From assembly GCA_964415055.1 (NCBI GenBank), contig CAYPZD010000004.1, positions 3,260 to 67,259 of the forward strand: DNA of 64,000 nt, written 5' to 3'. The DNA comes from an uncultured Verrucomicrobiota bacterium. GTDB lineage: Bacteria > Verrucomicrobiota > Verrucomicrobiia > Limisphaerales > AAA164-E04. Below the pieces are notes generated by a model that saw nothing but the letters and a program-made list of their open reading frames with translations, searched no databases and was not told where the DNA came from. The stretch's first letter is position 1, and each line of letters opens with the position of its first letter. The position numbers and the translations under genes are program-made. This document shows positions 46,241-55,649 of this stretch, one piece after another.

Positions 46241-46990
46241 TTACTTCTTCTGATTTATCCTTTTCACCCGGATGTTGCGGTAGCGGACGTATTCGTCGGT
46301 GTGGTTGCCTCCGCCGTGGACCTGGAGGGCGATGCCGCCTTTGTCAGGGTGGCGGAGTTCGGTTTCTTTCCATTCCATGATTTTGACGCCGTTGATCCAG
46401 GTGGTGATGTGCGGTGGATTACCCACAATGCGGGCCCGGAGTTCGTTCCATTGTCCGTGTCGCCAGAAGGAGGGCCAGGCATCCGGCAGGATGGGGAACG
46501 CGACCGGGGGTTCGCCGGTTGCTTGGGTCGTGATCTCGGTGACTTTTTCTTTGAAGCTGTAGTTACGGACGTGCGGTTTTCCACCAAGTCCTTCACCGTA
46601 GATGCCCATGAGGTTGCCGCCGCTGTGATAATCGATCATGGCCTGCCAGGCTTTGCCATCTTCGGTGCTGCGGAGAAACAAGCCGCTGTCGGGGCCAAAA
46701 TCGTTTTTCATTTCCAGGGCCACTTCAAAATCACTGAATTGTTCGTCGGTGATGATGATGCCTCCGTTGGCGGGGATGTCTTGTGAGCCAGTGATGGCAC
46801 CGTCTTCGACAACCCATTTACCTCCGGTTTTATGATCGCTGGCGCGACTGTGTCCGGTCTTGGTGCTGACGTGCCAGCCCTTGAGGGTTTTGCCGTCGAA
46901 GATGGATTCGAAGGCTGGTTCGGCGGCTTGAGTCGCAAGGGTTGTGATGGCGCAAGCGGCCACGATGGTTCGTGATAGGATCGATTTCAT
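46241..46990 (-). CDS. Secreted DUF1080 (3-keto-disaccharide hydrolase/LamG-like) protein
   Basis: Signal peptide MKSILSRTIVAACAITTLATQA. FESIFDGKTLKGWHV, WVVEDGAITG, GGIIITDEQFSDFEVALEMK, DSGLFLRS, IALQVHGGG and YRNIRVK are the DUF1080 hallmarks. The ORF opens at 47113. Confidence 0.88.
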   Translation of the reverse strand: MKSILSRTIVAACAITTLATQAAEPAFESIFDGKTLKGWHVSTKTGHSRASDHKTGGKWVVEDGAITGSQDIPANGGIIITDEQFSDFEVALEMKNDFGPDSGLFLRSTEDGKAWQAMIDYHSGGNLMGIYGEGLGGKPHVRNYSFKEKVTEITTQATGEPPVAFPILPDAWPSFWRHGQWNELRARIVGNPPHITTWINGVKIMEWKETELRHPDKGGIALQVHGGGNHTDEYVRYRNIRVKRINQKK

Positions 46991-47256
46991 GTGCTTGGGA
47001 GATTTGCATCGTATCATGCCTTTGATAGGGGCGATTTGACAATCCAGATTTGTGGGAAATGTCAAAATTGGGGCGATCCAGAGGAAAGGGGTGCCTGTTG
47101 CGCGTACGTTCAACCTTGCAGGCTTTCCTGCACCTCAACGCGCCCGCGGCCCCACAGCAGCGGGGCGCTACCTTTTTGGCTGTTCACCCTGTTTGATAGG
47201 GCTGCTGACAAAAGGGTTGCATTATCGGCCCCTGGCGTTTAACCAGAGAGCTTACT

Positions 47257-47991
47257 ATGGCAGGTCATAACAAGTGGTCAAAAGTTAAGCATATCAAGGG
47301 CCCGGCGGACGCGAAGCGGGCAAAAATCTTTTCAAAATTGTCGCGTGAAATTTTCGTCGCCGTGAAGGAAGGCGCCAGTGAAGATCCGGATTTGAATCCG
47401 CGATTACGCATGGTACTGCTCAAGGCACGTCAGGCAAACATGCCGTCCGACAACGTGCAACGCGCCATTCAGAAAGCCACCGGCGAAGGTGGGGCGTCCA
47501 CTTTTCAGGATCTGACCTATGAAATTTACGGTCCGAATGGTGTGGCCATTCTGGCTGAAATTTCCTCCGACAATAAAAATCGTACTGCCGCCGAGATACG
47601 TCATATTCTTAGTAAGAACGGTGGTTCGATCGCATCTGCCGGAGCTGTCGTGCGTCTCTTTCACCGGAAAGGGCAGATCATGATTGCCCGGGAAACAGCG
47701 GATGAGGAAAAAGTGATGGAAGTGGCTTTGGAATCCGGGGCGGAAGATTTCAACGCTGAGGAGGAGGGCTATGAGATCCTCACCGAGCCGGGTGAATTCG
47801 AGGCGGTGTTGAAGGCGGTTGAATCAGCAGGTATCAGTACGGAAACGGCTATGGTGACATGCCTTCCCAATTTGATGGCTCCCGTGCCGGCGGAGGCGGC
47901 GGATTCCATTCAGAAGTTGATTGATACATTGGAAGATCACGATGACGTCAAAGATATCTATTCCAATGCCGAATTCCCTGACGAGGCCTGA
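47257..47991 (+). CDS. yebC: YebC/PmpR-family DNA-binding transcriptional regulator
   Basis: 244 aa. MAGHNKWSKVKHIKG..DAKRAKIFSKL.REI, ARQANMP.DN..RAI.KA. Confidence 0.95.
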   Translation: MAGHNKWSKVKHIKGPADAKRAKIFSKLSREIFVAVKEGASEDPDLNPRLRMVLLKARQANMPSDNVQRAIQKATGEGGASTFQDLTYEIYGPNGVAILAEISSDNKNRTAAEIRHILSKNGGSIASAGAVVRLFHRKGQIMIARETADEEKVMEVALESGAEDFNAEEEGYEILTEPGEFEAVLKAVESAGISTETAMVTCLPNLMAPVPAEAADSIQKLIDTLEDHDDVKDIYSNAEFPDEA

Positions 47992-48034
47992 GGATTTCAA
48001 GGGTGTTGGCGCATCATGTGGGAGTTTGTGCAGG

Positions 48035-48065
48035 ATCTGCGAAAATCCGTAAAATCTGCTGTTCC
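48035..48065 (+). repeat. Short phased ATCTGCG-type intergenic repeat
   Basis: gatctgcgaaaatccgtaaaatctgctgttc lies in the yebC-MMPL spacer. By eye it is ~26/31 identical to 8563-8594. Confidence 0.65.
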
Positions 48066-48120
48066 ACCCTCCAATTGTTCATTGGCCTATTGTTTAGCTT
48101 TCTTGTAAGCTGGATTCATC

Positions 48121-50835
48121 ATGAAGCATGCCTGGGCGGAACGTTGGCTCGGACGTTTGGCCGGAGCGATCGGTCGACGTCCCGGTTGGTTTGTCTATCC
48201 TCAGTTCCTGTTGTTCGGGCTCTGTATCTTTTACACCGTCACTCATCTCGGATTTAACACCAGTCGCAGTGACCTGGTGGGAGCTGAAAAGCGTTATCAC
48301 CGAAATTTCCTGGAGTACAAGGAACACTTTCAGAATCAGGACGAACTCGTCACCATAGTCGAGAGTGGTGATCCAGAAAAAAATCGTGAGTTCATAGAGC
48401 GTCTTGGGAGTCGTTTAAAGACCGAACCCGAGTTGTTTCGTGATGTTTTTTTCAAAGGAGACTTTAAAAGTCTCGGCACCAAGTCGCTTCAATTGATCAA
48501 AAAAGTGGAGGATCTCAGGCGCCTGGACGACACACTTGCGGACTCATTGCCGATGATCGAGCGGTTTGCTCAGGTGACCAATTTGAATTCGATGGTTCGA
48601 AGCATTAACCGGGAATTCAGGCTTTCAGGCAAATCAAACACCAAAACGTCAACCAAAGCAGAAGATCATCCCCTTGCAAAGTCGTTACCCCTGTTGACTT
48701 CTTTGTTGAATCAGGCGCGGGCCAGTCTCCATCAGGCGAAACCCCAGGTTGCTCCCAATGTCAGTAGTCTGATGATGGGGGGCGTGGGGAGTTCAGGAAA
48801 AGAGTATCTGCAGTTTGATGAAGGTCGATTGTTTCTTGTCACGGCTCAGCCTGTTTCGGATGAAATGGAAAAGCCGGCTGTCCGCAGACTGCGGGCACTG
48901 GTGGCTGAAATTCGCTCGCAGGTGCCGGGAGTCAATGTTGGCATTACAGGCAAGTCGGTTCTGGAGTTCGACGAAATGCGTCAATCCCGATTGGACACCA
49001 CCAAGGCGACCATTGTTTCGTTGTTGTTGGTCACCCTGATTTTCATATTCGGTTATCAGGAGACCGGGCGTCCCATCAAGGCAACACTTTGTCTCTTGGT
49101 TGGTTTGGGATACACCATGGGATTCACCACACTCGTCGTTGGGCATCTCAATATCCTGACCATCGCTTTTGTGCCCATGCTGGTTGGATTGGCCATTGAT
49201 TTTGGGGTGCACCTGATCACTCGATATGAAGAGGAGTTGCGCTTAGGCAATGCCAATGAGGAAAGTATTCGGAACGCGCTGGTTTATACCGGCATTGGTG
49301 TGTTTACCGGATGTTTGACCACGGCGGGAGCTTTTTTGGCGATGGGGATCACCGAGTTCAAGGGGATACGGGAGATGGGCATTATTACCGGGGGTGGAAT
49401 GGTGTTGTCATTGATTCCCATGATGACCATGTTGCCGGCCTTGTTGTTGAAGGGGAGGCAGAATGTCATCGATCATGATCGTGCGATCCGTGGTGAAACC
49501 AAGCGGGAACGCCTTGAACGGATTTGGTTGGACCGCCCCAAGCGTGTTCTGACACTGGCCTTCGGTTTGTGCGTGGTGGCTGCGACGCAAATTCCCAAAG
49601 TGTATTTCGATTACAATCTGTTGAATCTTCAGACCCGGGGATTGGAAGCCGTGCAGTTTGAGCATAAACTGATTCATTCCGGTGAAAAATCAGTCTTATT
49701 TGGGGCGGTTATCGCGGACTCCGTGGACGAAGCGGTGGCCTTGGAGGAGCGTGTCCGGCAACTGCCTTCGGTAGCCAGTGTGGAATCCATGGCGAGTTAT
49801 GTTTCGGCCGGGAATCAGGAGAAGCTGGCGATCATTGAAACGATCCGGGATCGGGCTGCCTCGGTGAATTTGCCTTCTGCTGATCGTGGTCCGGTGAATG
49901 TCGCCGGATTGAACCAGGGGATGTCCTTTTTATCCAGTTACATCAAACTGGCCATTCAGAACATTGAAGAGAAGGGTAAAGGTATCTCGCTCAAGCCGAA
50001 ACTGCTGTCACTTGGGGAATCCATTCGCCTATTCCAGCAAGACATCCGCAAGATGTCTGAGGCTGAAGCACAGGAGCGCTTGACCGTCTTTCAGGTTGAA
50101 TTGTTCCATGCCATCCATGAGATGTTGGGTGGGATCACCCGGCAAGACACTCAGTCATTGCTCAAATTGCAGGATTTGCCCGATGTGCTGAAACATAGGT
50201 TTATAGGGGATGATGGAAGGTTGCTGGTGCAGGTTTATCCCAGGAGCAATGTTTGGGAACGTGCGCACCAGGAAGTGTTTTTAAAGGAGTTGAGAAGTTT
50301 GGATGAGGATGATGACAATGACCCGATCATCACGGGAACCCCTGTCCAGTTGTATGAGTATACAGAATTGCTGAAGATCAGTTACCAGGAAGCGGCATTG
50401 TATGCTTTGGGTGCCATTGTGATTCTGGTGTTTGTGCATTTCAGATCCTTGATGACAGTCCTTTTGGCTTTGGTGCCGGTGTTTGTCGGGAGTGTTTGGC
50501 TGCTGGGGTTGATGGGGTGGCTGGGGATTCCTTTTAATCCGGCGAATATCATGACCCTGCCTTTGGTTATTGGGATTGGGGTGACGAATGGTATTCATAT
50601 CCTGAATCGTTTTCATGAAGAAGCGCATCCGAGTATCTTTGCCAAAAGCACAGGCAAAGCGGTTCTGGTGTCGGCATTGACCACCATGGCCGGATTTGGG
50701 AGCCTGATGCTGGCTCAGCACCAAGGGATTACAAGTTTGGGGTATGTTATGTCCATTGGGGTGGCTACTTGCATGTTGGCTGGATTGGGGTTTTTGCCGT
50801 GTTTGCTGAAGTTGAGCCATCGCTCTGCTGTATAA
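48121..50835 (+). CDS. MMPL/RND-superfamily transporter (HpnN-like architecture)
   Basis: 904 aa. Two 6-TM MMPL/SSD-type bundles (around aa 290-470 and 740-900) each follow a large soluble loop. The HpnN-like label is by size and architecture only. Confidence 0.8.
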   Translation: MKHAWAERWLGRLAGAIGRRPGWFVYPQFLLFGLCIFYTVTHLGFNTSRSDLVGAEKRYHRNFLEYKEHFQNQDELVTIVESGDPEKNREFIERLGSRLKTEPELFRDVFFKGDFKSLGTKSLQLIKKVEDLRRLDDTLADSLPMIERFAQVTNLNSMVRSINREFRLSGKSNTKTSTKAEDHPLAKSLPLLTSLLNQARASLHQAKPQVAPNVSSLMMGGVGSSGKEYLQFDEGRLFLVTAQPVSDEMEKPAVRRLRALVAEIRSQVPGVNVGITGKSVLEFDEMRQSRLDTTKATIVSLLLVTLIFIFGYQETGRPIKATLCLLVGLGYTMGFTTLVVGHLNILTIAFVPMLVGLAIDFGVHLITRYEEELRLGNANEESIRNALVYTGIGVFTGCLTTAGAFLAMGITEFKGIREMGIITGGGMVLSLIPMMTMLPALLLKGRQNVIDHDRAIRGETKRERLERIWLDRPKRVLTLAFGLCVVAATQIPKVYFDYNLLNLQTRGLEAVQFEHKLIHSGEKSVLFGAVIADSVDEAVALEERVRQLPSVASVESMASYVSAGNQEKLAIIETIRDRAASVNLPSADRGPVNVAGLNQGMSFLSSYIKLAIQNIEEKGKGISLKPKLLSLGESIRLFQQDIRKMSEAEAQERLTVFQVELFHAIHEMLGGITRQDTQSLLKLQDLPDVLKHRFIGDDGRLLVQVYPRSNVWERAHQEVFLKELRSLDEDDDNDPIITGTPVQLYEYTELLKISYQEAALYALGAIVILVFVHFRSLMTVLLALVPVFVGSVWLLGLMGWLGIPFNPANIMTLPLVIGIGVTNGIHILNRFHEEAHPSIFAKSTGKAVLVSALTTMAGFGSLMLAQHQGITSLGYVMSIGVATCMLAGLGFLPCLLKLSHRSAV

Positions 50836-50840
50836 AAAAA

Positions 50841-50872
50841 CCCAGCGACAGCATGGCAATACTGTCACTGGG
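50841..50872 (+). terminator. Hairpin downstream of MMPL gene (possible terminator, no U-tract)
   Basis: CCCAGCGACAG (50841-50851) pairs with CTGTCACTGGG (50862-50872). The stem is 11 bp with one C-A mismatch and a 10-nt loop, 6 nt after the stop codon. Confidence 0.4.
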
Positions 50873-51072
50873 CAGCGAGGAACCAAGGTCTAAATAGCCT
50901 CAATTAAGACAATCACAAGGAACACTTAAAAGGGGGTGAAGTCAATGATTTTTACCGCGAAATGGGAAAAAGAGCATGCGAAACACTGCTATAACGTTAA
51001 CGCGTTGGTGTCGTTTGGCTGAATTTCAGGTATTTCCATAACGTTTCCTCAAAGTAATCCTCAATTGACGTC

Positions 51073-51579
51073 ATGATAATGATGGTTATAATGACTCAAG
51101 TGACATCCAAGGGTGGCAAACAAACAAAAGAAAAGTTTCTTGAATTCATTGAAAGCAAGAAGCTGCGATTGACGTCGCAACGGATGACCATCATTGATGT
51201 CGTCTTCAGCACGGAGGAACATTTCACGGCGGAACAGTTGTTGGAATGGTCCAGAGCCAAGGATCCCTCGATATCCCGGGCCACCGTTTATCGTACGCTG
51301 CCGCTCTTAACCGAGAGTGGCCTGGTGCAGGAAATGGACTTCGGCAAGGACTACAAGTATTACGACCCGAATTACGGTGAACATCCCAACCATCATCATA
51401 TCATTTGCGAGGACTGCGATCGGATTGTTGAATTTGAGAGCAAGAAAATCGATCGATTGGAAGATGAAATCACCCAGAAGCTTGGATTTGAGATGCGTTC
51501 CCAGAATCTCAGGATCACGGCCAACTGCGAATCCCTCAAAAAACATGGAAGCTGCAAGCAGAAGCATAGTTGCCGGTGA
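51073..51579 (+). CDS. fur: Fur-family transcriptional repressor
   Basis: LRLTSQRMTIIDVVF (wHTH), SRATVYRTL, HHHIICEDCDRIVEF (metal site). The start may be ATG 51091 (MTQVTSK) rather than 51073. Confidence 0.9.
   Translation: MIMMVIMTQVTSKGGKQTKEKFLEFIESKKLRLTSQRMTIIDVVFSTEEHFTAEQLLEWSRAKDPSISRATVYRTLPLLTESGLVQEMDFGKDYKYYDPNYGEHPNHHHIICEDCDRIVEFESKKIDRLEDEITQKLGFEMRSQNLRITANCESLKKHGSCKQKHSCR
51075..51093 (+). promoter_or_regulatory. Fur-box-like site overlapping the fur start region
   Basis: GATAATGATGGTTATAATG matches the classical 19-bp consensus GATAATGATAATCATTATC at 14 of 19 positions, with the first 9 perfect. It lies between ATG 51073 and ATG 51091. Confidence 0.45.
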
Positions 51580-51620
51580 GCGGATGTTTTCGCTTTTCAA
51601 AAGATAGCTACAGGCAACCC

Positions 51621-51848
51621 ATGCAACAACTACCAGAGGATCAGGCGGAAGCCATTGCGAAAATCAAAGAGGCTTGTCATCGCATTGCCCATGAAATGAT
51701 GACCTTGCAGCCCGCCATCACAAAGTTGTCGGATGAGAAATTGCGGGCAGGGTTGTTTGAAACGGTCTATCAACTGACGGCCAATGTTGAATCTGTCAAA
51801 AAATTAGTCATTCGCCATGAAAAGGGAGACGCCAGCAAGATCCTTTAA
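51621..51848 (+). CDS. Small hypothetical helical protein (75 aa)
   Basis: MQQLPEDQAEAIAKIKEACHRIAHEMM... has no recognisable family. Coding status rests on position (between fur and the CNNM genes, same strand) and a non-repetitive, amphipathic composition. Confidence 0.4.
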   Translation: MQQLPEDQAEAIAKIKEACHRIAHEMMTLQPAITKLSDEKLRAGLFETVYQLTANVESVKKLVIRHEKGDASKIL

Positions 51849-51890
51849 TTCGCCGATGATGACTCACAGATCCCGATCATACCTAATCCC

Positions 51891-53159
51891 GTGCTGACCC
51901 CAGGAATAGCCATTCTATTGATCACCGGCTTCGCGGTGATGAGTTTCCTGTTTGCCTTGGCTGAGTCGGCCTTGTTTTCATTGGGTAAATGGCACATGCA
52001 GCGACTCAAGGAAGAGTCTCCGATGGAGGCCGATTGGATTACCTTGATTTTCAAGCAACCTCATGAGGCCCTCGCCACGGTCGTTCTTGGTAATATGTTT
52101 TTCAATGCCGCCATCTGGGCCACCGGACTCTGGATGGTGCTGAAAGGCATATGGCCGGCGAGCAGCACTTTGCCGTTGTTGGCAGTCGTTATTTTGTTTG
52201 GATGTGAAGTCGTGCCGAAAGTGTTGGCGGTTCGGTTGCCGGAAAAGTGGGCGATTCGTGTGGTGCAACCCCTTCGCACACTTCAAATGGTCACGTATCC
52301 ACTAAGGCGATTAACCGATCACTTGGATCATACCTTGATCCGCAAGTTAACCCCCAAATCCCTTCGGTCCGCCAATACACCCACCACCGATTCTGACTAT
52401 GAAGAGCTTCTTGAGATGGGGTATCAACAAGGCACGCTCGATCAGGAAGAAAAGGAGATCATCCTTGAAATCATCGAACTGGATCAAAAATGCGCCACGG
52501 ACGTCATGACGCCGCGCAGTCAGGTGGTTTGTTTGCCGTTTGAATTGCCTGTCGAAGAGATGGCCAGCGAAGCGCGCAAACATCGTCATCGTCGATTGCC
52601 ATTATACAGTGAAACGCCCGATCAAGTCGTTGGGATTCTCGACACACGTTCTCTCCTGCTGCATCCGGAGGGGGATCTGTTTGAGTTCACAGAGCTCCCT
52701 TCCCTGGTGCCGGAATCGATGAATTTGCTGGAGTTATTCAAAAGCCTTCAACGGCAGAGGCGTGGTATGGCCGTCGTCGTGGATGAATTCGGATCCACAG
52801 CGGGGATTGTCACGATGGAGGATGTCATCGAAGAAATACTCGGCCCCATTCGAAATGAGGACGAGCCTGAGGAATTTGATATTGAAGAAATTTCACCTGG
52901 CAAATGGCGCGTGAACGGTTTGATGGAAATCGAAGATTTCCGGGAGCACTACCCGCAGTTGAGGGAAGTGCCTGAAGTGGACACCATGGGAGGATTGTTC
53001 ACCATGCACCTCGGGTATGTGCCGGAAGGTGAAGAATCGGTCACTTTCTCCGGACTCACCATGACCTCCAAAGTGGTGGGTGAACGCCGTGTTATAGAGC
53101 TGCTGGTTCAAAAGAAAACCAAACCCAAAAAACGCAGCAAGGAAGGAACTCAACGATGA
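51891..53159 (+). CDS. CNNM/DUF21-CBS-CorC_HlyC family transporter (paralogue 1)
   Basis: 422 aa. DUF21 membrane domain (AESALFSL), a CBS pair (VMTPRSQV...; AVVVDEFGSTAGIVTMEDVIEEILG) and the CorC_HlyC C-terminal domain (WRVNGLMEIEDF). Confidence 0.88.
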   Translation: MLTPGIAILLITGFAVMSFLFALAESALFSLGKWHMQRLKEESPMEADWITLIFKQPHEALATVVLGNMFFNAAIWATGLWMVLKGIWPASSTLPLLAVVILFGCEVVPKVLAVRLPEKWAIRVVQPLRTLQMVTYPLRRLTDHLDHTLIRKLTPKSLRSANTPTTDSDYEELLEMGYQQGTLDQEEKEIILEIIELDQKCATDVMTPRSQVVCLPFELPVEEMASEARKHRHRRLPLYSETPDQVVGILDTRSLLLHPEGDLFEFTELPSLVPESMNLLELFKSLQRQRRGMAVVVDEFGSTAGIVTMEDVIEEILGPIRNEDEPEEFDIEEISPGKWRVNGLMEIEDFREHYPQLREVPEVDTMGGLFTMHLGYVPEGEESVTFSGLTMTSKVVGERRVIELLVQKKTKPKKRSKEGTQR

Positions 53160-54142
53160 TTTCGATCCTGCTCTTGATTGGTTTTGCGGCCGGGGTGGCC
53201 TTGTCCTTTCTGTTTTCAGGAATGGAGTCCGGCATCACCTGCATGAATAAACTCCGCATTCGACGCCAGGCGAAAAAGGGGGACCGGAATGCTGAAGCGT
53301 TGCTTCGTTACATGGAGGACGCCGAGTATTTCCTGTGGACGATACTGGTCGGAAATACCTTGGCCAATTTCCTCATTGTCGCTCCGTTATTGATTGGATT
53401 GAGAAAGTTGATGCAGGGCAATCCCTGGATACCTGCCCTGGTATTGATCGTGTTGTTGCTGGTCATCTATGTCTTTTGTGATTTGTTGCCAAAAATGTTA
53501 TATCGAAAGTATCCCAATCGCCTGACCGTCATCTCTGTGCGGCCCTATCGGTTGTTCCACTGGATGCTGAGTCCTATCGTGGTGATTGTTTCCGGACTTG
53601 CGGATTTATTGCTGAAGCTAGGAGGAGGGAAAGTCTTGACGGGAAGGATGTTTTCGGATCGCGAGGAGATGCGGCGCGTGATGCAGGCTTCCGGGCAGAA
53701 TCTCACCAGCGAGGAACGGTCGATGATTGACCGTGTGATGGAACTTCAAAACAGCACACTGACTCGCATGATGATTCCGTTGGAGAAGGTGGTTTCCATC
53801 AGCGCCGATGCAACGATTGAGGAAGCCATTGCCCAGTCCCGCGAAACCCACATTTTGCGCATGCCCGTGTTTGATGAACAGAAAGGGCGCAAGGTGTTTC
53901 TGGGTGCATTGAATCTAAAACCATTACTCTACGACTGGGAATCGAAACGTCATGACAAGGTCAGGCAGCATTTGACCGGTGTGATGCATTTGCCCGAGGA
54001 CATGACGGCTGATGATGCTCTCCGTAAAATGCAGGAGGCCGGTCAACGTGTTGGTCTCGTGATGAATGCTCAAAAGCACGAAGTTGGTTGGGTGAATATT
54101 CGTGATATTCTGAAAACCGTGTTTGGTGAAGTGAATATTTGA
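53156..54142 (+). CDS. CNNM/DUF21-CBS protein lacking the CorC_HlyC C-terminal domain (paralogue 2)
   Basis: 328 aa. DUF21 membrane domain (GMESGITCM), then a CBS pair (RMMIPLEKVVSI...; GLVMNAQKHEVGWVNIRDIL). It ends directly after CBS2. The start overlaps the previous stop (ATGA). Confidence 0.82.
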   Translation: MISILLLIGFAAGVALSFLFSGMESGITCMNKLRIRRQAKKGDRNAEALLRYMEDAEYFLWTILVGNTLANFLIVAPLLIGLRKLMQGNPWIPALVLIVLLLVIYVFCDLLPKMLYRKYPNRLTVISVRPYRLFHWMLSPIVVIVSGLADLLLKLGGGKVLTGRMFSDREEMRRVMQASGQNLTSEERSMIDRVMELQNSTLTRMMIPLEKVVSISADATIEEAIAQSRETHILRMPVFDEQKGRKVFLGALNLKPLLYDWESKRHDKVRQHLTGVMHLPEDMTADDALRKMQEAGQRVGLVMNAQKHEVGWVNIRDILKTVFGEVNI

Positions 54143-55479
54143 AAACCATGGACTCTTATCAAGCCATATGGATTCTCCTGCAGGTGGCTTTCGTCTTGTT
54201 CCTGGTCACGTTGAATGGTTTTTTTGTGGCTGCGGAATTTGCATTGGTCAAAATCAGAGGTTCTCAACTCAAACCTCTGATTCAAGGAGGTAATCGTAGA
54301 GCCCGCGTCGCACATCAGGTGTTGGATCATTTGGACTCATCGCTGAGCGCCTGTCAGTTGGGTATCACGCTGGCGAGTCTGGCATTGGGATGGGTGGGGG
54401 AACCGGTGTTTGCCGGATTGCTGGAGCCTGTCATGCATGCCGCAAGTATCGAGTCTGAACATTTGCAGCATACCCTATCCTTTCTGTTCGGATTTTCAGC
54501 CATCACCTTTCTTCACATCACCGCCGGGGAACAGGCGCCCAAACTCATGGCCATCCAGCATTCCTTGCCCACATCTCTGTGGGTGGCTCGACCGTTGTGG
54601 TTCTTTCAGAAGATTACCTATCCCTTTATTTGGGGGCTCAACCATGCTTCCAATCGGATGTTGCGTTGGGTTGGAATCGAACCGGTCTCAGAACATGAAC
54701 ACATGCATTCGGCCGAAGAACTCCGTTTATTGATTTCTGATTCGCACCAAAAGCATGGCGGAACGGATCTCGAGGAGGAAATCATGTTCAATGCAATGGA
54801 GCTGCGTGAGCGCCTGGTGCGGGAAGTCATGCGACCTCGACCGGAAATAACCGTTTTATCCACCGATATGTCTCTGAACGATTGCCTGAACATTGCCAAT
54901 AAGGAACGATACTCACGGTACCCTCTTTGCTTGGAATCCGATCCCGATCATGCCTTGGGAGTCATCCATTTCAAAGAACTGTATACCATGCGCGAGCGGC
55001 TAGAAAGTGGCGCTGATTTAAAACAGATCGCCCGTCGTATTCTGCATTTGTCTGAAACCGCTCGATTGGAAAAAGCCCTGCGATTGTTGCTGAAGCATAA
55101 ATCACATTTAGCCATGGTAGTGGATGAATATGGCACCACAGTTGGAATGATCACGCTTGAAGATATTCTGGAGGAGCTGGTCGGAGAGATTCAGGATGAG
55201 TTCGATCAGGAACAACCCCTGGTGATTCGCCATGAAGACGGAAGCCTGGATGTCATGGGGCAACTGCCGCTTCATGAGTTGTCCGAATGTCTGGATACCA
55301 ATATCCAGGAAGAAGGAATCAATACGGTCAGTGGATGGATTACGCATCGCCTCGGTGGATTTCCTGCGGTGGGGGATCAGGTGAAGGAGGGAGATCACAT
55401 CATGGAAGTGCTCAAAGTCGAAGGCCACTTGATTGAAAGACTTCGCATTACACGAGATTCCAGGGTGAAAAAAAAGTAA
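54139..55479 (+). CDS. CNNM/DUF21-CBS-CorC_HlyC family transporter (paralogue 3)
   Basis: 446 aa. AAEFALVKIR, GEQAPK, a CBS pair (VMRPRPEI; AMVVDEYGTTVGMITLEDILEELVGEIQDE) and CorC_HlyC (LDVMGQLPLHEL). A TTG start overlaps the previous stop. Confidence 0.88.
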   Translation: MKTMDSYQAIWILLQVAFVLFLVTLNGFFVAAEFALVKIRGSQLKPLIQGGNRRARVAHQVLDHLDSSLSACQLGITLASLALGWVGEPVFAGLLEPVMHAASIESEHLQHTLSFLFGFSAITFLHITAGEQAPKLMAIQHSLPTSLWVARPLWFFQKITYPFIWGLNHASNRMLRWVGIEPVSEHEHMHSAEELRLLISDSHQKHGGTDLEEEIMFNAMELRERLVREVMRPRPEITVLSTDMSLNDCLNIANKERYSRYPLCLESDPDHALGVIHFKELYTMRERLESGADLKQIARRILHLSETARLEKALRLLLKHKSHLAMVVDEYGTTVGMITLEDILEELVGEIQDEFDQEQPLVIRHEDGSLDVMGQLPLHELSECLDTNIQEEGINTVSGWITHRLGGFPAVGDQVKEGDHIMEVLKVEGHLIERLRITRDSRVKKK

Positions 55480-55532
55480 GAAGCGAATTCATTCGTGTTC
55501 ATACTGATTGCCAATATTAATCCCGGAAAAAC

Positions 55533-55572
55533 CTCTGCGTCCCTGCGTCTCTAGTCCCGATTCCATCGGGAC
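55533..55572 (+). repeat. CTGCG direct repeat plus 8-bp stem hairpin in convergent intergenic spacer
   Basis: ctCTGCGtccCTGCGtctc is followed by GTCCCGAT-tcc-ATCGGGAC (55554-55572). The CTGCG units recall the 8.5-kb and 48-kb repeats. No U-tract follows. Confidence 0.5.
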
Positions 55573-55649
55573 GGGCGTGAGTTATTGTGAGGAAAATAAA
55601 TGCTTTATGGGAAACTCATGTGTCAACCGGCCCAGGAGTAGAAAATCCC

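Noticed and set aside
50881-51072. Direct repeat cctcaattRa (50898-50907 and 51059-51068) and aacgtt-type palindromes upstream of fur
   Set aside because: There are only two short copies, and the chance expectation is not negligible in AT-rich spacer DNA. No known motif matched.
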